Positions 19,457 to 29,936 of a stretch of 64,000 nucleotides of DNA are shown in pieces (the first letter of the stretch is position 1; the number at the start of each line of letters is the position of its first letter). The notes below the pieces were generated by a model. The model was not told the DNA's origin. It made no database searches and saw nothing but the letters and a program-made list of their open reading frames with translations. The stretch comes from Candidatus Spongiisociaceae bacterium (GTDB lineage Bacteria; Actinomycetota; Acidimicrobiia; Spongiisociales; Spongiisociaceae): NCBI GenBank assembly GCA_965219685.1, contig CBDCOH010000002.1, positions 2,464,001 through 2,528,000 on the forward strand, in the 5' to 3' direction. The translations under genes and the position numbers were made by a program.

Positions 19457-20772
19457 CTGTCGGGCCCTCCCTCATCCGCCCGACCTGGACGCGCGCCCGG
19501 AGCCGCTGCCGTGACATCCGTCCGGACCCAACGCACCACGAACAATCCCGAGCGGGGCTTGGGGGTGAACCACGTCGACTTGGGCGGCATCAGGCGACCC
19601 GCGTCGGCAACCCCCATGACATCTTCGATCTGGGCGGGATGCATGCTGAAACCCACACCACCAGGATACGCCGCCACGGAACGTTCGAGGCGCTCGGGCG
19701 AGTCCCCGCCTACCACGTAGGACAGGCGTGGGTCCTCGTAGGAGGGCACGCCGAAGACCGGCCCCAGGACCCGCTGGTGGAGCAGGCTCACATCCAGGCT
19801 CTCGACGGGATCCTCGGAGCGTTCGCCCCGGAAGGACAGCCGGTACCACACACCATCCAGCAGCATCACCAGGTCGCCTCTGGTCCTCGGCAGGTATTCG
19901 AGCCCACCGGCAGGGCCGAGTTCGGTCGCTTCCCAGTCGGACCCCAGCGATCTGGTCACCTGCTCGGCCGAAGGGACCTGATCCAGTCTGACCATCCGGT
20001 TGTACTCGAGGGCGTTCAAGTGATCGGCCGGGAACAGTATCGCCAGGAACCATCCGGGACCCACACCCGGCATCGATGCGGCGGCCACCCGGTGGTGACC
20101 GTCTGTGATGTACATGGCGCCGATCCGCTCGGTGGCCTCCCGGATCTCGACGAGATCCTCGGGGCCGTCCACCACCCAGAGCCTCTGCCTCACCCCGTCG
20201 ATTCCCGTGAAGTCTCTGATGGGAAGCCTCAAGGCGAGGCGCTCCATGAGCCGCCGCTGGTCTCGGTCCGCCTGGTATGCCAGCGCGACCGGGCTGGAGG
20301 CCAGCCGCGCGGCCCGCGAGAATGCGGCGAGATCCGCGACACGATCGCCGATGGTTCCTTCGTGTCCGATCACCCTTCCCTCGGCTACGCACGAGACCGG
20401 CACCCCACCCACGATCCCCAACTGGCGGTGCCCACCGGCGTCGAGTTGATACAGCAGGAACCCCTTGGTCGGCAGGGTCTCGAACAACCCCCTCTCCATC
20501 ATCCCCGCGAAGTGATCGGCGGCTCTCATCGCTACCTCGGACCTGGACGGCGCGGGCTCGGGAAAGTCCCTCACTGAGAGGGTGATGTTCACGAAGGAGT
20601 CAGGACGCTCGGCCGCGAACCGGTACCGTCCGGCCGGTGGTATCGCATCGTATTGGGGCGCCACGATGTCGGATGCCCGGTCGGCCCGGGCTACCAAGGC
20701 TTCGATCGGGATGGCGGCTCTCATAGGCACTCCGCGGTGGTCGTCGATTGATGCCGTAAGGATGGCCGACAC
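19453..20772 (-). CDS. DUF1015 family protein
   Basis: PQYD, YITDGHHR and MPPKSTWFTPKPRSGL motifs. Confidence 0.88.
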   Translation of the reverse strand: MSAILTASIDDHRGVPMRAAIPIEALVARADRASDIVAPQYDAIPPAGRYRFAAERPDSFVNITLSVRDFPEPAPSRSEVAMRAADHFAGMMERGLFETLPTKGFLLYQLDAGGHRQLGIVGGVPVSCVAEGRVIGHEGTIGDRVADLAAFSRAARLASSPVALAYQADRDQRRLMERLALRLPIRDFTGIDGVRQRLWVVDGPEDLVEIREATERIGAMYITDGHHRVAAASMPGVGPGWFLAILFPADHLNALEYNRMVRLDQVPSAEQVTRSLGSDWEATELGPAGGLEYLPRTRGDLVMLLDGVWYRLSFRGERSEDPVESLDVSLLHQRVLGPVFGVPSYEDPRLSYVVGGDSPERLERSVAAYPGGVGFSMHPAQIEDVMGVADAGRLMPPKSTWFTPKPRSGLFVVRWVRTDVTAAAPGARPGRADEGGPDR

Positions 20773-20921
20773 GGCTCGACAGCTTCGGTTAGGGCAACAT
20801 TACCGCTTCCCGATGCCCTTCCCGGCTCAAGGCCGACCGGGACCGGTGCAGGGCTTCCCGATGCCCGCCGCTCGGCGTATCATCGCGCGTGGCCGGCCCG
20901 GCAGTGGTTACTCGGCGTCTG

Positions 20922-20943
20922 TGTCACACCCCGTTGATAACTT
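20922..20943 (+). promoter_or_regulatory. RecA-NDp/PafBC-type DNA-damage promoter
   Basis: TGTCAC-N10-TAACTT, ending 7 nt before ATG 20951. Confidence 0.65.
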
Positions 20944-20950
20944 CGGAACC

Positions 20951-21094
20951 ATGAAGAAAGAACCGAGAGAAGAACAGACCAACGAGGTCCAGATCTTCGC
21001 CGAGGCCGAGCGCACGCTGCTCACGGCGGGGATCGGGTTTACCGTGGTCGAGGGACCGACCCCCCAGCCCGCCGAGCCACCCCTCGCAGCCTGA
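20951..21094 (+). CDS. 47-aa small protein of unknown function upstream of adnA
   Basis: MKKEPREEQTNEVQIFAEAERTLLTAGIGFTVVEGPTPQPAEPPLAA; the ATG sits at the predicted TSS of the promoter above. Confidence 0.6.
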   Translation: MKKEPREEQTNEVQIFAEAERTLLTAGIGFTVVEGPTPQPAEPPLAA

Positions 21095-21233
21095 CGTCCT
21101 GCAGGTGGAGCGGGAGTACCGGCACCGGTACGAACGGCCGGCGACCGGGCGGCGTCTGAACGGGACCGAGTAGTCCGGCTCGTATCGGCCTCGCCTGCGA
21201 AGGATGGCGATGCAACGCCGGGGAGGATAGGGA

Positions 21234-24200
21234 ATGGGCGACGGTACGAGGACGGTGGCAGAGACGAGGCTCGCGGCTGGTCGACCAGACGTCCGGGAGC
21301 CGGACGCCGGCATCGTTGAGCGAATCCTCTCCCCGACGGAGTGGCCCGAGGCTGTGGCCACAACCGAAGGTCCGCAGTTGGTGGTGGCAGGCCCGGGCGC
21401 CGGCAAGACCGAGTTTCTGGTTCGGCGCGTCTCTCACCTCGTCGAAGAGCGCGGCCTGCCCGGTTCCCACATCCTCGCCCTCACGTTCTCGAGGCGATCT
21501 GCTGCGGACCTGCGCGAGCGCATCGGCTCGGCGACCGGCGGGGCCTGGGGAGCCGTAGCCGCTTCCACCTTCCACTCATTCGGTCATCGCCTTCTGGAAC
21601 TCTATGGATCCGACGCCTTCGGTTGGACCGAGGTGCCCTCGGTGCTCACCGGGCCCGAACAGGTCGACCTGGTCTCCGAACTGCTGTCAGCCGAACCTCC
21701 CGACCAGTGGCACCCGGCTCTGCGCAAACTTCTGGGCAGCAGGACCCTTGCCACCGAGGTAACCGAGTTCATCCTCAGAGCCCGGGAAGGAATGCTGACC
21801 ACGTCCGAGCTGCTGAGGCGAAGCGCCGAGCGCGACTACTGGGCGGCCCTGCCGGCCTTCGTGGCCAGCTACGACGCGGCGCTCGCACGGATCAACCGCC
21901 TCGACTACGGAACCCTGCTGACCAGGGCGATCATGGTCCTCGAGACCGAGGAGGCGCTGGAGACGATTCGGGAACAGTACCGGTACCTGCTCGTCGATGA
22001 ATACCAGGACACCACCCCGGTCCAGGCGACCCTCCTCAGAGTCCTGTCAAGGAGAAACCGCAACCTCACGGTGGCCGCCGATCCCTACCAGTCCATCTAC
22101 GCGTTCCGGGGAGCGGCTCTATCCAACGTCACCGGGTTCGTCGACGACCTCCCCCGGTCCGGATCCGAAACACTGCACAAGTGGATACTGGGAACCTCAT
22201 TCCGGCTGCCGCGAGAGATCCTCGAAGCCGCTGAACGACTCACCACCGGTGTATCCCTTCCGGGCGCCACCGGGCATGTCCAGCCGGCGCCCCATCCTGG
22301 TCTCGTGGAGATACGCGTCTTCGACCAGGAGTCGGAGGAGTCGGACTGGATCGCCGCGGAGGCTGGTCGCCTCCATCTCGAACAGGAGATCCCCTACCGG
22401 AGGATGGCCGTGCTGGTGCGGACCAAGCGGCGGCTGCTGAAGGAACTCTCCCGTGCCCTCGAACGGAGGGCGATCCCGCACGACCGTCCGGACAGGCGGT
22501 TGGTGGACCATCCTGCTGCCCGGATGGTCTTCGACCTGGCGCGAGCGGCCCGGGCGCCCGACCGGCGAGCCACAGGCCCGCCCGTCCGCCGCCTGTTGCT
22601 CGGACCCCTGTTCGACCTCGGCATCGGAAGGTTTCGCCAGATGGAGAGGGACATGGAGTCGGCGGACACGACCTGGCCCGCGATGATCCGCGGTGAGGTG
22701 GAAGGTGGGGAGCCTCTGGCAGCCCTCCTGGAGGATCCGGCCTGGACATGCCGTCGCGCGATCGACGCCTTCTGGCACGTGTGGACCCGGCTTCCCCAGT
22801 TCGGTCCGATGGTGACCGACCCGGACCGGGACGAGTTCCGCGCCGTGTGGACCAGCCTCGCGCAGACCCTCGTGAGCCTGGAGGAACGCAGTCCGGCCAC
22901 CACCCTCGCCGACTACATACGGATGGTCGAGTCGGACGACTTCGAGGCCAGCCCGCTCCTCAGCTACCGGAACCCCGCCGAGGACAGGATGTCCCTCACG
23001 ACCATGCACCAGGCCAAGGGTCTCGAGTTCGACATCGTGTTCATCGCCGACGCAGTGGAGGGAGTGCTACCCGATCTGCGGCGCAACCAGTCACTGCTGC
23101 AGACCGAACTGTTGGATCTCGAGAGTACCGGGGGACACGGCTCGGCAACCCGGCGCCTCGAGGAGGAGACCCGCCTCATGTACACGGCGATGACGCGGGC
23201 GCGCAGCCGCGTGGTGGTCACCGCCACCAGCGCCGGCTTCGACGAGGAGCACCGGCGCCCCAGCCGGTTCCTCGAGGCCGTAGCCGGGGACCGGCTGGTC
23301 ATCTCCACTGCCACGCCTCGCCGGGCGCGGCCCCTGACCATCAGGGAAACCGAGTCATGGCTCCGCACGGTCCTCGCCGATCCGGCCGAACCCGGCCATC
23401 GCCGCCTCGCCGCTGCCCGCGTGCTCGCCGCCGGCGCCGGCTTCGGGCTGCGAGAGCCCGCCCTCTACGCCCCGATACACCGTCCCGGCGCTGACACGGG
23501 TCTCGTGCAGTCCGGACGGCGCCTGTCTCCCTCCGACGCAGTCACCTACGACGCCTGTCCCAGGCAGTTCGCCTTGCAGAGGGTGTTGAAGGTGGACCGT
23601 CCCCCCGGCCCCTATCTCACATTCGGGATCCTCATCCACCAGGTGCTGGAGATGGTCGAGAGGCTCGCAAGCGAGGATGATCGCCGCTCCACCCTCGAAG
23701 AAGCGCTCGGGCGGTTGGACGAACTCTTCGGTGACTTCGACTTCGGGAGCGGGTCCATCAACGATGCCTGGCTGCGAAGGGCTCGCATGCTCCTGACCCG
23801 GTTGTACGAAGGCTGGCCCAATCCCGAAGCTGTCCCCGTGCTGCTCGAACACCCGGTAGGCGTGGAACTGGGCGGCATGGCCTGGCGGGGGCGCATCGAC
23901 CGCATAGAGCGTGACGCCGACGGCGCTCTTCGTATCGTCGACTACAAGACCGCCAAGACACCACCGCCATCCCGCGAGGCGGCCACGTCATTGCAACTCG
24001 GCTTCTACTCGGTGGCGGCTGGGGAGAACGAAACCGTGGAGATCCACGGACCGGTTACGGAGGCCGAGTTCTGGTACCCGCTGGCCGACTCGCCAACGCG
24101 CAGGACCCTCCGCTTCAACCGTTCCGCTCTCGAGACAACCCGGCGCCGCCTGGCGGACATCGCCCGGCGGATCGCCCGCGACGAGTGGGCCCCCAGGCCG

Positions 24201-24278
24201 GGCGGCGCCTGCGACCGGTGCCATGTCAGGCTGGTGTGCCCGGCCTGGCCGGAAGGGCAAGAGGCGTACCGGCGATGA
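21234..24278 (+). CDS. adnA: UvrD-type helicase-nuclease, AdnA-like
   Basis: AGPGAGKT, VDEYQD, HQAKGLEF and YTAMTRA motifs, plus a C-terminal nuclease (GRIDRIE, VDYKT, CDRC...CP). Confidence 0.85.
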   Translation: MGDGTRTVAETRLAAGRPDVREPDAGIVERILSPTEWPEAVATTEGPQLVVAGPGAGKTEFLVRRVSHLVEERGLPGSHILALTFSRRSAADLRERIGSATGGAWGAVAASTFHSFGHRLLELYGSDAFGWTEVPSVLTGPEQVDLVSELLSAEPPDQWHPALRKLLGSRTLATEVTEFILRAREGMLTTSELLRRSAERDYWAALPAFVASYDAALARINRLDYGTLLTRAIMVLETEEALETIREQYRYLLVDEYQDTTPVQATLLRVLSRRNRNLTVAADPYQSIYAFRGAALSNVTGFVDDLPRSGSETLHKWILGTSFRLPREILEAAERLTTGVSLPGATGHVQPAPHPGLVEIRVFDQESEESDWIAAEAGRLHLEQEIPYRRMAVLVRTKRRLLKELSRALERRAIPHDRPDRRLVDHPAARMVFDLARAARAPDRRATGPPVRRLLLGPLFDLGIGRFRQMERDMESADTTWPAMIRGEVEGGEPLAALLEDPAWTCRRAIDAFWHVWTRLPQFGPMVTDPDRDEFRAVWTSLAQTLVSLEERSPATTLADYIRMVESDDFEASPLLSYRNPAEDRMSLTTMHQAKGLEFDIVFIADAVEGVLPDLRRNQSLLQTELLDLESTGGHGSATRRLEEETRLMYTAMTRARSRVVVTATSAGFDEEHRRPSRFLEAVAGDRLVISTATPRRARPLTIRETESWLRTVLADPAEPGHRRLAAARVLAAGAGFGLREPALYAPIHRPGADTGLVQSGRRLSPSDAVTYDACPRQFALQRVLKVDRPPGPYLTFGILIHQVLEMVERLASEDDRRSTLEEALGRLDELFGDFDFGSGSINDAWLRRARMLLTRLYEGWPNPEAVPVLLEHPVGVELGGMAWRGRIDRIERDADGALRIVDYKTAKTPPPSREAATSLQLGFYSVAAGENETVEIHGPVTEAEFWYPLADSPTRRTLRFNRSALETTRRRLADIARRIARDEWAPRPGGACDRCHVRLVCPAWPEGQEAYRR

Positions 24279-27200
24279 AGTTCGTTCCCTCCGCCGAGCA
24301 GTCGGCCATCATCGACCATGGACCGGAGCCGCTGCGGGTCGTCGCCGGCGCCGGGACCGGGAAGACCACCACGCTCGCCTACCGGGTGGTCCGACTGGAG
24401 GAACGCTTCGGCATCCTGCCGGCCGAGGTCCTTGGCGTAACGTTCACCAACAAGGCCGCCGGCGAACTGGCCCAGCGGATCCGCGAGGCCCGCTCGCGCC
24501 CCTTCACTCCGGGCCACGAGGTGGACGTGTTCACGTATCACGGTTTCGCCGGACACCTGCTGGGCACCTACGGCGCCCTGGTCGGATTCGAACGCGACAC
24601 CCGCATCATCACGCCCACCCGCACGCGCCAGATCCTGCGCGAATGCCTCCCCGGCGCCCGATTCGAGGCGGTGGACGTCACCCACACCTCCGGAGTGGTG
24701 GACCGCCTGGTCAGCCTGTCGAGCGAACTTGCCGATAACCTGATGCGACCTGCCGATCTGCTGGAGTTCCCCCCCGAGGAAGAGGTGGAGACACGCCGCG
24801 CAGAACTCGCCACGGCCCTCGTGCGATTCGAGAGGGCCAAGACCGAGTTGGGCGTCCGGGACTACGGTGACCTGATCCGTCTGGCGGTCGAACTGGTACG
24901 GGCGCATCCCGAGGTGGCGGAGCGGATCCGCAACCGTTACAGGTGCGTACTGCTCGACGAGTACCAGGACACCAATCCGGCCCAGAGGGAACTGTTCGCC
25001 GGCTTGTTCGGACGGCATGGGGCGGTCACGGCCGTCGGCGACACCGACCAGACCATCTACGAGTGGAGAGGCGCCAGCCCGGCCAACTTCGAAGGTTTCC
25101 CCGACCGGTTCCGCCGCGCGGACGGCTCCCGGGCGCGGACGCTCCGCCTGTCCTTCAACCGCCGCTCCGGGCAGCGGATCCTGGACGTGGCCAACCGTAT
25201 CCGGACCAGGATCTCCGCGCCCGGTAGGTCCGGGAGGCTGATGGCGCTGCCGGGCACGCCAACGGGAGAAGTTCACACCGCCTGGTACGCGGATGCGCGG
25301 CGCGAGTCCGAGGAGATCGCCCGTGAGCTGCACCGCCTCCACGAGACCGGGATGGAATGGTCGGAGATGGCAGTGCTGTTCCGCCGGAACCGCGACATGG
25401 AACTGGTGAGGTTGGCCCTGGAGGAACACGATGTGCCGGTGCAGGTAGCCGATCTCGGTGGGCTGATGCAGGTGCCGGAGATAGTCGAACTCCATGCGTG
25501 GCTCAGACTGCTGGCAGACCCCGAGGACAGCCCGGCTCTGGTCCGCATCCTGCTCGGCTCCCGGTTCCGGCTAGGAATGTCAGGCTTGTTACCCCTATCC
25601 CGATGGGTGCTCGAGCGCACCAGAACCGCCGGCGACGGCGGGGCCGTCCACACGCTTGTCGAAGCCCTCGAACACCTGGACGCCATGAACCTGGATGAGA
25701 GCACGCGTGAGTCACTCCGCGGTTTCCACCTCCTCTACCGTGCCCTCCTGGCCGAGTCGCAGGGCACGAGCCTCTCGGAGTTGACCCGCATGATCCTGTC
25801 GAGAACCGGCGCCTGGCAGGAGATTGACTCCATGCCGAGCCCCTCGGACATCTCCGCGCGGCTCAACGTGTACCGGTTTCTCGATTTCACCGAGCACTGG
25901 AATCCGCTCAAGGGCAGATCGTCCCTGGAAGCCTTTCTGGAACATCTGGAATTGCTGCAAGAGGATCCAGGCGAGCAGCTAGACACGGCAAGGATCGGCG
26001 ACGGCGACGCCGTGACCCTCATGACCGTCCACCGGGCGAAAGGACTCGAGTGGCGCGCGGTGTTCCTGCCCGCTTTGTTCCGTGGGAACTTCCCCGCCGG
26101 TCCCCGGCGGCTTCTGGACCCGTCGCGGTTCGAGTTCACCGTCCCGGCAAGGCTCCGGATCGATGCCGAGTACCGGACCAACCTGGATCCCTCGCTCGAC
26201 GCCGAGACACGGCGAGCATGGCTGCGCGCCCGGCACTACGACCAGGAGTGGCGGCTCGCCTATGTGGCCTGCACCAGAGCCAAGGAAATCCTGTACCTGA
26301 GCGGGGCGCACTGGTACGGGGTACCCCAGACGCGCAAGAACCCTTCAAAACCCGGCGAGCTTCTGGGGCTTGCCCGCCAGGTGGACGGGGTGGTGACCGC
26401 GGATGACTGGGCTTCCGAACCCCCGCCCCGACCCGAAGACCTCAGGTTCCCCCTCTCCCAACCCGGTCCTGACCCGGTGCTGGGGATGAGCTGGGAAGAG
26501 GCCCTCCACATCGTATCGGAGGATCAGGGCTGGGCGGCTCGCCGCGCCCACGACCTGGGCATCCAAGACCTATACGATGGGGCTGTGGACGAGTTCGAGT
26601 TGACCCTTCTTGATCTCCCGGAGCCCGCCGGTACCGATCCCCCGACGGACCGGTCCGCGGTGAGCGTCACGGGCCTGGTCACCTACGCGACCTGCCCCAA
26701 GCGCTACTACTGGACGGAGGTCGACCGGCTTCCCAGGCGACCGGGTCCATCCGCTCGCCGCGGCACCCGCCTTCACCGGAGGATCGAACTGCACAACCGG
26801 GGCATGGTCCCGTTCGACGACCTCGACCATGACCTGTACGACCGGTCGCCCGGCGAGGACTCTGCAGGCGACGGTGTCGCGGAGGGTCGCTGGGAGGCTT
26901 TCCTCGGATCGCCGTACGCGAACCGGACCCCCGTCCACGTGGAAGTTCCGTTCGAGATCAGCCTGGCGCCTGATGTCCGCATCCGGGGAAGGGTGGATGC
27001 GGTCTACCCGAGTGGTGATCACGGCTGGGAGATCGTCGATTTCAAATCCGGACGCCGTCCCCGTCCTGCCCCTGACGACATCCAACTGCAGGCGTACGCC
27101 GTAGCAGCCCGGGACGGCGGGTTCGGCGCGAAGGCTCCCGAGTCCCTGAGCGTCTCCTTCGTCTACCTGGGCGGCGGGTTGGATGTCATCGGCCAGGACG

Positions 27201-27364
27201 TGGACGAATCCTGGCTGCAGGCGGCGACGGACCGCATCCTCGAACTAGTAGGGGACATCCGCGCCGAGCAGTTCGATCCGGCGCCCTCCCCGGCCTGCCG
27301 CTCATGCGACTTTCGCCACGTCTGCCCCGAAGGCAAGGACTGGCTGGGGAGTGGTGAGTGGTGA
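24275..27364 (+). CDS. adnB: UvrD-type helicase-nuclease, AdnB-like
   Basis: AGAGTGKT, LDEYQD, HRAKGLEW and YVACTRA motifs, plus a nuclease (GRVDAVY, VDFKSG, CRSC...CP); ATGA overlap with adnA. Confidence 0.87.
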   Translation: MKFVPSAEQSAIIDHGPEPLRVVAGAGTGKTTTLAYRVVRLEERFGILPAEVLGVTFTNKAAGELAQRIREARSRPFTPGHEVDVFTYHGFAGHLLGTYGALVGFERDTRIITPTRTRQILRECLPGARFEAVDVTHTSGVVDRLVSLSSELADNLMRPADLLEFPPEEEVETRRAELATALVRFERAKTELGVRDYGDLIRLAVELVRAHPEVAERIRNRYRCVLLDEYQDTNPAQRELFAGLFGRHGAVTAVGDTDQTIYEWRGASPANFEGFPDRFRRADGSRARTLRLSFNRRSGQRILDVANRIRTRISAPGRSGRLMALPGTPTGEVHTAWYADARRESEEIARELHRLHETGMEWSEMAVLFRRNRDMELVRLALEEHDVPVQVADLGGLMQVPEIVELHAWLRLLADPEDSPALVRILLGSRFRLGMSGLLPLSRWVLERTRTAGDGGAVHTLVEALEHLDAMNLDESTRESLRGFHLLYRALLAESQGTSLSELTRMILSRTGAWQEIDSMPSPSDISARLNVYRFLDFTEHWNPLKGRSSLEAFLEHLELLQEDPGEQLDTARIGDGDAVTLMTVHRAKGLEWRAVFLPALFRGNFPAGPRRLLDPSRFEFTVPARLRIDAEYRTNLDPSLDAETRRAWLRARHYDQEWRLAYVACTRAKEILYLSGAHWYGVPQTRKNPSKPGELLGLARQVDGVVTADDWASEPPPRPEDLRFPLSQPGPDPVLGMSWEEALHIVSEDQGWAARRAHDLGIQDLYDGAVDEFELTLLDLPEPAGTDPPTDRSAVSVTGLVTYATCPKRYYWTEVDRLPRRPGPSARRGTRLHRRIELHNRGMVPFDDLDHDLYDRSPGEDSAGDGVAEGRWEAFLGSPYANRTPVHVEVPFEISLAPDVRIRGRVDAVYPSGDHGWEIVDFKSGRRPRPAPDDIQLQAYAVAARDGGFGAKAPESLSVSFVYLGGGLDVIGQDVDESWLQAATDRILELVGDIRAEQFDPAPSPACRSCDFRHVCPEGKDWLGSGEW

Positions 27365-27431
27365 ATGGTGAATGGTGAATGGTGAATGGTGAATGGTGAA
27401 TGGTGAATGGTGAATGGTGAATGGTGAATGG
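27350..27431. repeat. heptamer tandem repeat (GGTGAGT/GGTGAAT, ~11 units)
   Basis: Starts inside the last codons of adnB and provides its stop. Confidence 0.97.
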
Positions 27432-27470
27432 TTGTCCGTTGGCCACAAGCCACAAGCAACCGGCGACCGG

Positions 27471-27926
27471 TTAGACTACTCGGCCGCCGACGGTCTCCAC
27501 CATCAGCGTGAACGGCCCGTTGTTCCGTAGATCCAGCTCCATCATCGCGCCGAAGCGGCCACAACCGACCTCGACACCATACGACTCCACGGCGCTCACG
27601 AACTCGTCCACCAGGCGCTCGGCGTGATCGGGGCGAGCCGCCTCGGTGAAGCTGGGCCGGCGCCCCCTCCGCACATCGGCGAACAGCGTGAACTGGCTCA
27701 CCACCAGCATCGCTCCTCCGACATCCTGAAGAGATAGGTTGAACCTGCCCCGCTCATCCGGAAAGATCCTAAGACCCACTAGCTTCTTCGCCAGCGCCCC
27801 CACGTCGGTCTCGGTGTCGGCCCTACTCACGCCCACGAGCGCCACGAGACCATTGCCTACACGGCCGACCACCTGGCCATCGACCCTTACCGAAGCGTGG
27901 TCCACACGTTGGATGAGCGCTCGCAT
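27471..27926 (-). CDS. dtd: D-aminoacyl-tRNA deacylase
   Basis: [25 protein letters not shown] and NNGPFT motifs. Confidence 0.96.
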   Translation of the reverse strand: MRALIQRVDHASVRVDGQVVGRVGNGLVALVGVSRADTETDVGALAKKLVGLRIFPDERGRFNLSLQDVGGAMLVVSQFTLFADVRRGRRPSFTEAARPDHAERLVDEFVSAVESYGVEVGCGRFGAMMELDLRNNGPFTLMVETVGGRVV

Positions 27927-28028
27927 AGGGAGAATCTAGCGGTCGCATCACACCCCCAGCCCGACCGACGCGGACGAAGGCCGGGCCGACTCCTCCGGCC
28001 GGCAGCCCCATCCCTTAGAATCGATCGG

Positions 28029-29936
28029 GTGTCCGTTCCAAGATTCCGGTCGCGAACTGAATCACCTCAGGGACGCACCCGGCGCCCGGGATCCGCCCTC
28101 CGCCGCATCCGCCGGCCGGTTATGGAGGACTTCCTGGCGGACAGCGAATTCGGATCGGCCGTGGAGCGGATCGCCGGCGCGCAGCACCGAACCACCGACG
28201 AAGCACTCCGCAGCGCCGAGGGCTACTTGAAGGAGATCGCGGCCCGGCCGTCGCGGCTCATGGTGTGCGTCGCGGCCGTTCTGGGCCGTTTCCTCTACCG
28301 ACGGGCGTACGGCGTGATCCACTACGACCGTGACGCTCTGGCCGCTGTGTCCGAACTGAGCGCCCGCCACCCGGTGGTTTTCCTGCCCTGCCACAGGTCC
28401 AACCTGGACCGACCGGTCATGCACTACCTGCTCTGGAGAGACAGGCTCGGACCGAACTTCACCGCCGGGGGCATCAACATGAACTTCTTCCCCATCGGTC
28501 CGATATCCCGCCGGGCCGGGGTCTTCTTCATCAGACGGAGTTTCGCCAACCGTCCGGTCTACAAGCTGGTACTGCAGACCTATTTCGCTTACCTCGTGGA
28601 GCAACGCCTAGCCCTGGAGTGGTACATGGAGGGAGGCCGGAGCCGGACCGGCAAGCTCCGTTCCCCCCGCTACGGACTTCTGGGTTACGCGGCCGACGCG
28701 CTGGCAGCAGGCAAGAGCGAGGACATCTACCTGATCCCCACTTCGATCAACTACGACCACGTGCTCGAAGTCGGTGACTACGCGGCGCAGGAGTGCGGTT
28801 TCGCAAAGGAGAGGGAGACGTTCGGCTGGCTGGTCAAGAGCGTGCGTTCCCTCCGGAAACGCTACGGAGACATTCACGTCCGCTTCGGCGAGCCTCTGTC
28901 GATGGGCGCCATGATCGGTCGGGACCGGACCGGAAGCGAACGGCGGCAAGACCTGCAGCAACTGGCCACCACCGTCTGTCAACGCATCAACCAGGTCACA
29001 CCGATCACCCCGGCATCGCTGGTTGCGGTTGCGCTCCTGGCGGCGCCCGACGGCGGGACTCGCCGCCGCACCCTCGAGGCCACGGTTGCGGAACTCGTCG
29101 AGCATGTCGAGTCCCACAACCTCCCCACGAGCGAACCACTCTCCCCGCTCCGGACCCGCCAAGGCCTCGACGATGTGGTCGGAACCCTGGCCGACCTCGG
29201 AATCGCGGTGGTCGGGAACGAACAGCCGGGGTCGCAGGAGCTTGAGGCCTTCTACGGCATCGCCAAGGGACAGCGCCTCGCGGCCGCTTACTACCGGAAC
29301 ACCATCGTCCACTTCTTCCTAACGCCGGCGATCGCCGAATTGGCACTGGCCGCGGCTGCTCAGGATGGCACGGCCGGCGGGCCGGTCCAGACCTTCTACG
29401 AATACGTGGCCATGCTCAGGGATCTGCTGGCCAACGAGTTCTTCTTCGAGGAGTGCGACCACTTCCTCGACGAGGTAGTGACACAGCTCGATCGGCGCCT
29501 ACCCGGATGGCGGAACCGGCTCGCCGAGGGGAGCGGACCCGAGGCCGTGGCCAGCCTCCGGCCGCACAGAGCGCCATGGGCGCTCCGATCGTTCCTGCAG
29601 GCCTACCTGATCGCCGCGGAGAGCCTTGCCGAACTCCCGCCGGAACACCCTTGGAACAAGGGCTCGTTTCTGGCAGGGTGCCTCGATCGCGGGGCCGAGT
29701 ACGTGTCAGCGGGACGGATCGCAGCCGAATCATGCTCTCTCAGCCTGTTCTCCAACGCGGCGCGCGTTGCGGCGCGACGCGGCCTGCTCACACCGGGCCT
29801 GGAAAACCTGACCGACCGGCGAAGGTCCTTCGCCTCCGAGCTGGATCACCTCCTGGCATTGGCGGGCTCACTCGACTCGGCTCCACCATCCGGGACCGTC
29901 GCGGCATCCGGGGACAGACCTAGGATCCAGTCATGA
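28029..29936 (+). CDS. plsB: glycerol-3-phosphate O-acyltransferase
   Basis: PCHRSNLD (HX4D), FFIRRSF, MEGGRSRTGK and YYRNTI motifs; GTG start chosen 7 nt after TAGAAT. Confidence 0.85.
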   Translation: MSVPRFRSRTESPQGRTRRPGSALRRIRRPVMEDFLADSEFGSAVERIAGAQHRTTDEALRSAEGYLKEIAARPSRLMVCVAAVLGRFLYRRAYGVIHYDRDALAAVSELSARHPVVFLPCHRSNLDRPVMHYLLWRDRLGPNFTAGGINMNFFPIGPISRRAGVFFIRRSFANRPVYKLVLQTYFAYLVEQRLALEWYMEGGRSRTGKLRSPRYGLLGYAADALAAGKSEDIYLIPTSINYDHVLEVGDYAAQECGFAKERETFGWLVKSVRSLRKRYGDIHVRFGEPLSMGAMIGRDRTGSERRQDLQQLATTVCQRINQVTPITPASLVAVALLAAPDGGTRRRTLEATVAELVEHVESHNLPTSEPLSPLRTRQGLDDVVGTLADLGIAVVGNEQPGSQELEAFYGIAKGQRLAAAYYRNTIVHFFLTPAIAELALAAAAQDGTAGGPVQTFYEYVAMLRDLLANEFFFEECDHFLDEVVTQLDRRLPGWRNRLAEGSGPEAVASLRPHRAPWALRSFLQAYLIAAESLAELPPEHPWNKGSFLAGCLDRGAEYVSAGRIAAESCSLSLFSNAARVAARRGLLTPGLENLTDRRRSFASELDHLLALAGSLDSAPPSGTVAASGDRPRIQS

